Positions 1 to 9,455 of a stretch of DNA of 13,511 nucleotides are shown here, piece after piece. The translations under genes and the position numbers were made by a program. The stretch comes from Takakia lepidozioides (lineage: Eukaryota; Plantae; Bryophyta), in contig JAKLZA010000231.1 of NCBI GenBank assembly GCA_030704615.1, forward strand, positions 1 through 13,511. Reading direction: 5' to 3'. Within the stretch, counting starts at the first letter, position 1, and every line of letters starts with the position of its first letter. The notes below the pieces were generated by a model that saw nothing but the letters and a program-made list of their open reading frames with translations, had not been told where the DNA came from and did no database searches.

Positions 1-220
1 CAAGAAATGCAAGGCCAAGCTACTAGGAGACCTTGAACACACGAGATCTTGGCTCAAGTTCACAGATTGCAAGACGGCGACTAATGATGGGGCTACTCTT
101 GTACCCGGCCTCTTGGTTGATAGAGTTTGAGCACGATAGGGACAGTGATAGAGGACTTAGTACGGCTGTGGCTATTACATCTTGTAGCTATCTGGAGTTA
201 GAGGGACCTATCCACCAGCT

Positions 221-844
221 AGGGGGGCGATTGTGGCAGACTACTTTATTGTGCATATATGTGTGGTGTGGTTTGGACAGCGATGTAGTTGTGTAGCGAT
301 ACGTATGCGCACGACAGCTGTCAAGTTAAATAAGCACAGTGTGAAACTAACTAGAATAAAGCTAGTTATTTATATTTAACACTTGGATTTAGGTCAAGTG
401 TTAAATCAGGTGTCAAGTTTAGTTTGACACCTGACCCGTCTTATCTTCACAAGAGCGGCAGTCGCGCAGCTCATCTCTCTCGAGTTGAGCCTGCGCGACC
501 GTGCTCCTTCATGCGTTTGGATCTGAGTGTGCTTATGATGGGAGTGTAGGTTGTTGTGGGGTGGAGTCCCCATAGCTTGGGGTGCCCCTGGCTCGACTTC
601 TATTTTAAAGAGTGATAGCGATGGATTTCATATTTCTTGTGTTGAGAGTGTGTGTCTTTCAAGCTTTCTAGCAGACTACTTTGTGCATATATGTGTGGTG
701 TGGTTTGGACAACGATGTAGTTGTGTAGCGATACGTATGCACACGACAGGGGCTTGCAAGTATCGAGTGAGAGAAAATGTACTCTCAATTTGTTCGTCCT
801 TGCGCCACTTCGTGAGAAGTAAAGCGAGTGTGTAATCCGTTACA
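221..844 (+). mobile_element. Candidate polypurine tract plus 3' LTR of an LTR retrotransposon (LTR ~232-844)
   Basis: AGGGGGGCGA at 221-230 is directly followed by TGTGGCAG, and the segment ends in CCGTTACA at 844 (TG...CA). It contains an internal direct repeat and hairpins. No second LTR is present in the window. Confidence 0.4.
236..749 (+). repeat. ~80-bp near-identical direct repeat (236-317 and 671-749)
   Basis: GCAGACTACTTT(ATT)GTGCATATATGTGTGGTGTGGTTTGGACARCGATGTAGTTGTGTAGCGATACGTATGCRCACGACAG occurs twice. Confidence 0.92.
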
Positions 845-1297
845 TCCGCCATAGCTATAAAGCTAGTGCTTTGATTGCCCCTTCTGTCGAGACACTGGCT
901 ATTCGGAGCCACCCCGACTCTTCCGCTCATAACACTTCCTATTTCTTGTTCTTGTTTCTTGGAGGGAACCACCTGCATGTGATTCGCACTCCTGATTGGC
1001 TGTTGCCTGCTTAGGTAACTTCTTAATTCCACCCCCCTCCGTGGACATTCCCACCTGGAATGTCCAGTAGGATAGCACATGTGGCATAGGTCCCTCTTTT
1101 CTGTACTCGGAAAGGGTTCCGTTACCCTTACTCTGAATGCATTAATGGGCCCACAAATAGTCTTAGCTGATGTACCGGGTAGGTACTTTGACGGCCCGAT
1201 TTGTCCTCTTCCATGATGAGACCCACTCTTGCAATCGATGCGGTGCGGTGTGCTTCGCCTTAGTGGCCATGTGTCCATTTCTAGACATGCCCCCAAC
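845..1297 (-). pseudogene. Retrotransposon gag remnant with CCHC zinc knuckle
   Basis: CHMCYPTGHSRWEC fits CX2CX4HX4C within ORF 676..1296. There is no true ATG start and the frame begins at the element junction. Confidence 0.6.
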
Positions 1298-1400
1298 GGG
1301 GGCTGCTATTTCATGAGCCATGAGCCATGAGCGGCATGAGCCATGAGCAGAGTCGTAAGTGTGGAAAAAAACATGAGCAGCACTATTTTCCGGAAATGAG
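1298..1400 (+). repeat. Candidate left terminus (TIR) with six CATGAGC heptamers
   Basis: G5 start at 1298. CATGAGC at 1312, 1319, 1326, 1335, 1342 and 1372. The position coincides with truncation of the gag-like ORF. Confidence 0.5.
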
Positions 1401-1760
1401 TGTCCGCGGGAATAGGGTTTAGGGTGCCACGGTCATAGGGGGAGAAGGACCTCCCGATGAAGGAGGTTCGGCAATGTTATTTAGAATTATATATTGAAAG
1501 GCAATGTTTCGCGAATGGTAGGGTGGTATTGCTCTGTACAATGGGGGCCCATTTCAGCCTACCAGCCATTTGCAAAATTCACCCACACTCCCAATCCCAA
1601 ACGAAATGAGCAATGACGCATTCTCGGAACAATGGACACAGAATAGAATAAAAAGAGGGCACAATGAGGTTTTTATTGATCCACATGAATTGCATTTGAA
1701 GCACGTCTACTGTGCTGATTGTGCCCTCAAATCTTGAGCCCTGTGCCTACTGAATACAAG

Positions 1761-2324
1761 TCACGTTGTCAATGGGACTTCGACTGCTCTCAGAACTAGC
1801 TCATGAGTCCTGGGGCTCCTCCATGTAAAGTCGATTGCAGCCGTTGTACCGCCCCTAGTGATGTTCACCACAATGTCCTGCCCTTCAATCATACCACCAT
1901 CGAATATGGAAATCTTCACGTTTTCGTCGTCCACACCAATGCGAATGTCCCCATACAATGGAGAAGAGGAGCGCACTCCTCGAGGAGAATAGGTCTCTCC
2001 GATGGAGTCCACCCACGTCCAGTGGCAGCAGTTCCACCGCAACAGCATAGCAGTGCGCCTTCTTCTGCATGGGTGACCGTCGTAGCTGGGAAAATCGGAA
2101 TCGAGGATGCGCAGGAGCCACGGACTCCTCAAACCAAGATCGTCACCCCGCTCGAAGGCGTAGTGGCCTACGATATACTCAAAAGCCACCAATGTTTCCA
2201 CAATCGAACCAGTATCTTCTGTGTAATCTGTGTACCAGATAACAATGTCTCCCGATGTGGCCGAATACATTGCATAATCGATGCCTCCAAAGGGGCAGTC
2301 GTCCCGGTTCCGGAAGCACGGCAT
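1761..2324 (-). CDS. Hypothetical cargo protein of ~187 aa (MPCFRNRDDCPFGG...VEVPLTT); no recognised domain
   Basis: Open frame from ATG 2324 to TGA 1761 with globular-like composition, and AATAAA on the minus strand at 1672-1677 downstream of the stop. The 5' end is uncertain and an overlapping + strand ORF exists. Confidence 0.45.
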   Translation of the reverse strand: MPCFRNRDDCPFGGIDYAMYSATSGDIVIWYTDYTEDTGSIVETLVAFEYIVGHYAFERGDDLGLRSPWLLRILDSDFPSYDGHPCRRRRTAMLLRWNCCHWTWVDSIGETYSPRGVRSSSPLYGDIRIGVDDENVKISIFDGGMIEGQDIVVNITRGGTTAAIDFTWRSPRTHELVLRAVEVPLTT

Positions 2325-2952
2325 CCTTGCAATGGAGGACCTGAGGACGACTTGGATGCCGATGACCTTGCGGACAGCTACGAAGCCCTTAGATTTTGGA
2401 AAAGATACGAAGCGGAAGAGCAGTCCGGCCTCCAAAATGGAGCATCTGGGTCACACGTACCCACCGACGGAGGTGGAACGTGTTCATCACGCCAGCGGTG
2501 GATGAAGCCATACATCTTTCTCATCAACAAGTTATAGTTTGAGATCTGCCACCGAAGTCCATCCCCCCGGATGGAAATTCGGCGCCGCATTTACATCGAA
2601 GAGGGGATGGACTTCGTCGTGTCCAGTGGCTATCGGCCCACCTGGCAGTGACTGCCCATAGTTTGCATGGCAGGGTAGGAAACTCAAACGGCTACATTCA
2701 TGCAGCAGCCAATCTTCATCGGTCCAGGATCCTGTACGGGGGAAATTTAAATGTGCCCTGGAGTGTGCCCTGGAATGTACCTCACTTCTGTATGACTGTG
2801 TTTCATTGTGTTGAATAACTCTCGGATTTGGCCCACTGTTTACAATTTGATGTCTCATTTCTACAATTTGTCTGTCTGGTTGAATAAAGCAGAGTAACCG
2901 GTATGTGAGTCATGTGTCAAGAATATACCAGAGTAACGCCATGTCGGACATT

Positions 2953-3698
2953 GAAATGCGGCACCGCATTTCCATGTCGGCATGGAAATGCGGCGCCGCA
3001 TTTCCATGTCGGCATCGAAATGCGGCACCGCATTTCCATGTCGGACATCGAAATGCGGCACCGCATTTCCATGTGGGACAAGAAAATGCGGTGCATCATT
3101 TCCGTCCAGGTACACGAAATACCAACACGGGTCTATAAATTGATCAGAAAACGAGGTTGGCATTGCAAATGCGGCGACGCATTTCCAGCTTGGCAATGGA
3201 AACTTCTTTTTGGACAAGGGAATGCGGTGCCGCATTTCCGTCCAACACTTCGAAAAGTGCACCTATTTCCGACCAGCGCGATGGAATGCGTTACCGCATT
3301 TCCGAGAGAGGGTCTGCAAATTGACAAATTGCGATGTCCGTTCTGGAAATGCGGCGCCGCATTTCCATGTCCGTCATCGACTTTTTTTTACAATGGAATG
3401 CGGTGCCAGTTTTTGCTGATGGGTCTGCAGTTCGAACAACCACCATCCCCAATATGGAAATGCGGCACCGCATTTCCAATCCCGCCATGTCGGCCTCCTT
3501 GTTCGACCTCCTTGTTCGACCTCTGTAAGCGTGGTGGCATCCATGCAATGAGCGGGAGAGGCCAAAACTGGCGTGTGGACAAAGGAAATTTTGGAAATGC
3601 GGCACCGCATTCCCAATTCAGATTACTTTTTACTATGCCAACATTGAAATGGAAAAATTAGTCCCTCCCCTGTTTTGGAAATGCGGTGCCGCATTTCC
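2953..3698. repeat. Array A: about 13 copies of the same palindrome; the first five form a 32-33 bp tandem repeat
   Basis: Copies at (T of AAT) 2957, 2989, 3021, 3054, 3087, 3170, 3223, 3287, 3350, 3399 (half site), 3461, 3598, 3682. An outlying degenerate copy lies at 2573-2592. Confidence 0.95.
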
Positions 3699-3886
3699 AA
3701 AAGAGGTTCTTAGAGTTGCCAAAATTTTGGAAATGCCCTGACCCATTTCTGATTTTGGGAGCGTCCTGGTTTGGGCGATTGTGTGGCTGGAATGCACACT
3801 GGAGAGGGGTCACGAATGTCGGGCAGAATTTTCTTTATATACTCTGGAAGAGAATTTACATTTACAGAGACTTCATTAAAATTCTA

Positions 3887-4355
3887 TTAATCTTGAAAAT
3901 CATCGGAATCCTCATCCTGTTCTAGACTGTCCTGCTCCTCCTCCACCCCCTCAGTGCCTCTCTCATCTCCAGCGGACTGCTCGTTGGCCAGGCTTTCAAA
4001 AATCCCATCTTCCCCTTGCGGAACTGTCCATCTCACCTCCGTTGGGTCGTCCTCCTCCCTGTCTGCGTCGCTCTCATCCGCTGAATCACATATGTACTTT
4101 CGTACCCGTCTACCTGTCTGAGCTGCTGCCAACTCTTTCCTTATCCTTCTGTCCTCCCTAGCCCTCTCCAAAATCTGCTCTACTTTACTGGGATTCTCAC
4201 TTCTTCTAATCGCTGTATTTGCGAGTTTAGCTGCATAACTAGGAAGGGAGTAGTCCCTCACCGGGCTCGTCATGAAGTCGGCCCTCGCAAAGAACGGGAC
4301 ATTCTTCCTGGCAGGAAGTGTAGGCCCTACATGTTTCGACCCGGACCCTGCAATC
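3887..4355 (-). CDS. Terminal exon with charged and acidic C-terminal tail
   Basis: GTGAGT donor at 4460 and TGCAG acceptor at 4356 join in phase (GA/G). The frame is open to TAA at 3887 and is followed by an AT-rich 3' region. Confidence 0.7.
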
Positions 4356-7300
4356 CTGCACATGACAATCATCAACGAGACTAATGAGAACCACAGTCGG
4401 GAAATTCCTTTGACATAAATGACCCAGAAGGCTTTGCAAACTTACAATGTTTGCACTCACTCGTATTCCGGGTTCTCCTCTGCATCAATGTCCACTGTGT
4501 CTTCCTCGGACTCCGACGAATCCGAGGAGACTTCCGCTCTGTCGGGAGCCTTCACATTCCGTTGCAGCCCCTCCAGATGGGATCCCCACACGGATGAATC
4601 CTCCTCGTAGGCAAAGAGGTGCCGGTCGGAAAACCGCCCAGCCCACATTGAGGCACCTGTTACAATGCCATCCACACATTACCACATGGCGCTTCAGATG
4701 TTGCGAACTACATCCTAACGAGAATTTGCAGAACAGCAGAGATCAAGATTCTGCATACCTGTCCCACAGATGAGGTCCAGCACTGTGCCCTCCACGTCTG
4801 TGCATGTCTCCATAATTGTCTGAATGAAGGCAGGGCTCCGAGTCCGTGAGTACCGCAGGGGTTCCGTTGAAGTGAGGCTATGAGGGAGAAGTTCCTTGGG
4901 AACGTTGTTGAACAGAACGTCGTAATCGAGTGGGTCGCAGTTCGGGTCAACCTTTCCTCCCTCCTTCCGGAAAGCAAAGGTGGAGTTTTCCTTCACAAAG
5001 CAGTATGCATCGAACTGCTTCGTCTGCATACACAGGGGGAAAACGATTAGAAACCGAATGCGGCACCGCATTTGAAAGCACCCAAGCAAATGAATGGACG
5101 AGTGCCAGTGTCGTAATCACCTTCTTCCCTTCCGACCGAAGGCCCAGTGTGTTGATGCACGTCCACTTCTTTTTCAGAATCGGGACGGCGCTCTTGCGGG
5201 TCCACTTCGCAATTCCTGTCTGAGTGTTTTTTCCTCTGCTCGCCAGGACAACCACACAGCCTCTGTCGTCCAACACCATGCGGGCAAGCCCGAATCCTTT
5301 CTTCCAAAAGTCCTCCGAGTACCTGTTCCAAGATGGCAAAGCTTGCAGTCCTTCCACAGGCTCTCCGTCCGGAATATCCAAGATGATCATATCGCAAGAC
5401 CACTCGGTGGCATTTCCGCCCCTCCTACAATCCTTGTCTGCACACACCCTCTCAAAGAACGAGACCATATTCTGAAATCCTGGGGTGTCGGAAGGCTCTT
5501 CGGCAGTCGCCTTCTTCAGTGCTCTGCCCTTCAGACCCTCCATGGTCTTCATGTATGCCAACTTGGCTGCCCGTCCATCCAAAGCCGCCAAGAAACTCTC
5601 ATTTACACACTGGACTACAGTTTCGGGAGCCACTTTCGGCCTCTTCATTTCCACCGGCTCGAAAGGGTGCCCCCCTGGGGGGTTGAAGAGTGCCTTCTTT
5701 GCCGAGCCAGTTCTCGTGCCTCTCGTGACAACGGTGGGCACAGGGGAGGCAGCCTGCGTTTGGGGGGTGGGCTGGTTGCAAAGTCTCCATCGGAGTCCTC
5801 TTCCTCACCCTCTTCCTGAACAGGCTGTTTCTGCTTCTTCGTTTTGGCGGGTGTCACAACAGCTGCTCCTTGCTGGCGAGTCCTCTTCTTCGACCCCTTC
5901 TGTTGGGCCTGCACAGCTGCATCCACCGTCTTTTGTGCCATCTCAGCTGCCTTTCTGGATTCTTCCAGAGCAGCAGATTCCTTTGCCGACTTTGGCCCAG
6001 CAGGGACACGTCTTTCCTTTCTCTTCTCTTCTGCCAAGGCGTGCAGATCTTTCTCAGACTCGTCAACAATACCGCCAGACATGTCCAGGTACCACGGGCA
6101 TCCAACGAGATGCGCGGGATGCCATTGTTTCTGCATCTCGGGTGTGTAGACACAGCTTGGGCCCGCCACGGTCCAAGCCATGAAGAACGGGGGCTCTTGA
6201 GCCAGGGCCCCTGTCTGAAGGAGCACGTATTTCATATACCTGCAAGGCAGTCAGCATGCGTGAGCAAAACTTGAGACCAACCTACTGGCAGAGTGCCACC
6301 GAAAACATAAAATGCGAATGCGGTGCCGCATTTCCGAGACAAACCTCGTAACCAGGCTTCGCATACAAGGGCAGCTGTGCTTCACCTGTAAACAATTCGC
6401 ATTGCAGCTTTCCCCGCTCCCTCCTGATGTGTAAACTCCACGCTCCTTCTTGCTGTCTGTAGCTCTCTGGCGAAAAGGTTGTCCTTGTACGCACATCTGA
6501 AACGTGTCACGTAGTCTTCCAATGTCTGTGTTCCATCCCATTTGACGTACAAGCCGAACGAATTTGTGTGCATTACGACTTGCTCCTTTGCATTCGACAT
6601 TACCTGCCATTCCCAAATGCATTGTCACGTAGCAGTTCAGGGAATTCATGTCAGAAAAGCAAATCTGGGGAAGTACCTTGAATTACCTGGAACCACCAAG
6701 TCATACGGTTGAGCCACACATCCACTGCAGGGTCGGAAACTTCCAGTGGAAAAGACCACATTGTCCTTATGCTCTCGGATGCATTCCAGATCGACAGCCA
6801 CCGTGTCTGCCATTTCCGATCCAATGTCAGTGGCTGGAAGAGAGTGGCTATTGCTAGGAAGGAAATTCAGTGCATTGAAACCTCACCTTCTCTTTCGCCT
6901 CCACACATGCCGTTGAGAGGTGATGCAGTTTCTCCAATTGCATGGTCGGCTGCATGGCCCGAGAATAGTGTTTTGCAATCTCGGGGATGAAGTCCTTTCC
7001 AAGTGCCGGATCTGCAATTGCCACCAGCTTCACAAGCTTTGACTTGTATTTGGTTCTGGACTTGACACCGGCTTCCTTCAAGTGCTCAGTCAATGACTGC
7101 AACGTTTTGACCTGCCCCTCACTTTCCATGAAGAAGCGTTTGGCATGGGCCAAATCCAGCTTGATGTTTGACTGCCAACAAAAACATGCAGAAGCGTTAC
7201 ATTCGATTCATGTGGAAACATTACTGGAAATTGGGGAAGGATGAGCAGAGGGAAATTGGAGCACGACTTACTTCGTATATCACCTCCACCATTCCATCCA

Positions 7301-8801
7301 TAGTGAGACGATACCATGTCCGGTCTGTTTTTGCAACGGCTTTCTGAATGAGCTCCGGCTCCAGCATTTCCGCAAACATCTGCGGATCAGTAAGACCAGT
7401 TTTCCTCACCCTGTACAGCATATGTGCCATGTGGGTATGCACGTACGCATTCTCAGTGACCCTGCAAGGCACACTCTCCAGTTCAGTACACGGAAGCACG
7501 GAATCAAACCAGAATGGAAACCGAAATGCGGCACCGCATTTCGAATGTGCTAGGGAGGGTATGAGTATCTTACGAGTTGAGGTCCGCCATGGCATTCTTG
7601 AGGAGGGAGGAGTCTGCCGCCTTCACCTTGAGGATGACACACTCCACCATGTAATGCCAGCCAATGTGCTTGGCATGGTTCTGCTTGATGTACTCCCACC
7701 AGGCGAGAAGTCGGTGATTCCCGTCCCACACAAAGAACATTTTTCCCGACATATGGCCGAAGTCGGGATCACCCTTCAGCGTCGCCTCGAATTCGTGGTT
7801 GCGAGTGTGCCAGTGGGTATCCCACGTTGACAATTCATCGGCAGTGGGTCCACGGGTTTCGCCGTCCTCATTCTCTATGGAAACGTAAAACGCTGCCGAT
7901 CCCAGACGGTACCCTTCTCGAAATGCGAACTTGAGCTTATCCACATCTCCGGGAAGGGCCTGCCTGACGATGGGAAGGGAGACCATGCGACAGAGTGGGA
8001 TTCGAAGAGTCCGCTGGAATACCCTGCTGCCCAGAACTCTGCCAATGCTACTGTGTGTCTCCTCCAACATTTTATCCGCTGCACTTTTGAAATCCTCCGG
8101 AGACATGTCTGTAGGTGCCGGTAGTGGCTGAGCAGGTGGAGCATCCTCAACTGGAGCTGCACTCTGGGGCCTGTGTGCGGGCAATTCTGCCACTGCAGAG
8201 GCCTCCTCCGGGCCTGCTAGCTCATCGGTGGTGAGGTCTGCCTGCGAACGTTCAGCGGCAGCACCCTCCTCCGGTACCAAATCGAGATCAACGGTCGATC
8301 CCATTGCCTTCGCTGCAGCAGAGTCGGCCCCACATCTGCAGGCGGGAAATCCTCCAGGAACTGAGCTTCAGCTCGTGGAAGCGGTTTTGCGGGAGATTGT
8401 TCGGCCGTCGCCCTGATTGCCTTCTGCTTCCTCATCCTTGCAGGTGAAGTGTTGCTGCTGCAATAGAATCTGTCTTCTACCCTGCTGCTTCATTCGCGTT
8501 GGGGGGGTGAATCGGCCTGAGCCGGTTCAGAAGCCAGTAGAGGGACGGGCTGCTTCTTCTTCGACTTTGCTGGAGAAGGGCCCGACCCCTGCTGGCGATT
8601 CTCCATGATCGAAGAACGCGAGTCGATCTCTGAGACTTTGAACTTGCCCTTCGAAGACGCGTCTTTGAATCGCAGAGGGCTAGGCCCGGCAGGAGTACCC
8701 GCGCTCGGGGATCGGGTGGGTGTACGTGCTGCAGCTAGCTCCTCGGACTCTTCCTGCGGGCTCTTCGGATTCCTGCGATCCCTCCAGCACGTCCACCTTT
8801 C
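3887..8801 (-). CDS. Multi-exon gene: low-complexity N-terminus, ParB/Sulfiredoxin-like domain, unknown helical region, basic linker, N6A/N4C DNA methyltransferase-like domain (beta motif order), acidic tail; carries a few frameshifts and one stop
   Basis: Hand-built exons (minus strand): 8801-7574, 7461-7272, 7171-6887, 6806-6687, 6603-6386, 6239-5121, 5023-4759, 4656-4461, 4355-3887. All eight introns are GT-AG, 80-146 bp, and phase-consistent. From Met 8304 the spliced length is 3593 nt, one base short of in-frame, matching a single frameshift near 5750. Further disruptions lie near 8330, 8490 and 8760. A possible extra first exon is 9009-8927. Confidence 0.82.
4461..5023 (-). CDS. Two exons (5023-4759, 4656-4461) encoding the SAM-binding half of the MTase domain
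   Basis: The spliced product RSPAFIQTIMETCTDVEGTVLDLICGTG/ASMWAGRFSDRHLFAYEED matches the canonical 'KP..l...li...t..gd.VLDpFxGsGtt..aa....R.fig.E.d' (motifs X, I, II). The intron splits the last Gly codon (G/GT). Confidence 0.85.
5056..5073. repeat. Single palindrome copy within intron 5120-5024
   Basis: GAATGCGGCACCGCATTT. Confidence 0.9.
5121..6239 (-). CDS. Exon with Lys/Glu-rich linker and first half of the MTase domain (motif IV-like CDMIILDIPDG); one frameshift near 5750
   Basis: ORFs 5645..6235 and 4947..5741 join by a 1-nt shift. DIPD lies at 5367-5378, followed by WNRYSEDFWKKGFGLARMVLDDRGCVVV, which resembles the 'RvLkpgG.l.v' segment of beta-class amino-MTases. Confidence 0.75.
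6316..6335. repeat. Single palindrome copy within intron 6385-6240
   Basis: GAATGCGGTGCCGCATTTCC. Confidence 0.9.
6386..7461 (-). CDS. Four internal exons (7461-7272, 7171-6887, 6806-6687, 6603-6386) of the ParB-MTase gene; unrecognised, probably helical region
   Basis: Each exon is stop-free in the frame dictated by the flanking CAG acceptors and the GTAAGT/GTGAGG/GTAATT/GTGAAG donors. Confidence 0.75.
7522..7543. repeat. Single palindrome copy within intron 7573-7462
   Basis: CGAAATGCGGCACCGCATTTCG. Confidence 0.9.
7574..8304 (-). CDS. Exon segment encoding the ParB/Srx-like (CTPase-fold) domain
   Basis: RIPLCRMVSLPIVRQALPGDVDKLKFAFREGY...AFYV...FFVWDGNHRLLAW matches the ParB N-terminal pattern, with the DGxHR/GxxRxxA motif at 7711-7725. 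The exon ends at a GTAAG donor (7573). Confidence 0.75.
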
Positions 8802-9455
8802 CTGTTAGGCATGCAAACATGTTCTGCATTCAAGTCTCCTAGCATTCAGTCTAAGAATTACAGAAGCAAAATGGGGGGTTCGGTGCTCGATCAGCTGCGC
8901 GCAGCCCGATCGCATGGAGCTCTCACTGGTGGCTGGGTTGCTGAGTGGCCTGCTGCTCGGAGATGGCAATCTCCTCCTGTAGACGCATCTGCTTCCTCCC
9001 CTTCGGCATTGGCCTACGTCCGAAGTATAATTTCCGGAGCTTGCGACGAGGTCTCCTGTCTGGTGCACGAACTCCCCCCCTCTCAGGTTCGAGCATAAGA
9101 AGAACAGAGAGAGGGAAAAAGGGGCAAAGAGTGCAGATGGAAAGGGCGCGAGAGGGGTGACTGAGGAGACACGACAAAAGTAGATGAAACGGCGGTGATG
9201 ATGCACCACTTGGGTTCGAAAGGTTGGACGAAAGTGTCTCCTCGTGGAGTTTGCGTCATTACGAAATTCGAATCGTTGAGGGTACGCCCGCCGTCCGAAA
9301 ATCAAACATCATTATCCAACGGTCAGGCCGCGCCGCCTCATGCCCCTTCAGTCAGATAGAGTGCCGACATGTGCAGCAATTCCGTTGCTCCACGTGTTCA
9401 CATTTCAAGGCATTTCCGTCCACGCGTCTGATGAGTTGGAGCGAAGAGAAGAATG

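Noticed and set aside
1413-1424. Telomeric array
   Set aside because: Fewer than two full TTTAGGG units; at most a telo-box-like motif.
2861-3925. ORFs across array A (e.g. 2912..3661)
   Set aside because: Same repeat-translation artefact.
5094-6274. Plus-strand ORFs 5094..5819, 5485..6183 and 5870..6274
   Set aside because: Antisense shadows of the minus-strand exon, with no motifs.
7570-8304. Bacterial parB or restriction-modification locus (contamination)
   Set aside because: The coding sequence is split by canonical GT-AG introns, no parA or endonuclease is visible, and the neighbours are eukaryotic transposons.
8927-9009. Definite first exon MPKGRKQMRLQEE with GTGAGA donor at 8926
   Set aside because: Plausible, but its phase does not join cleanly to the exon starting at 8801 without invoking another frameshift, so it is left unassigned.
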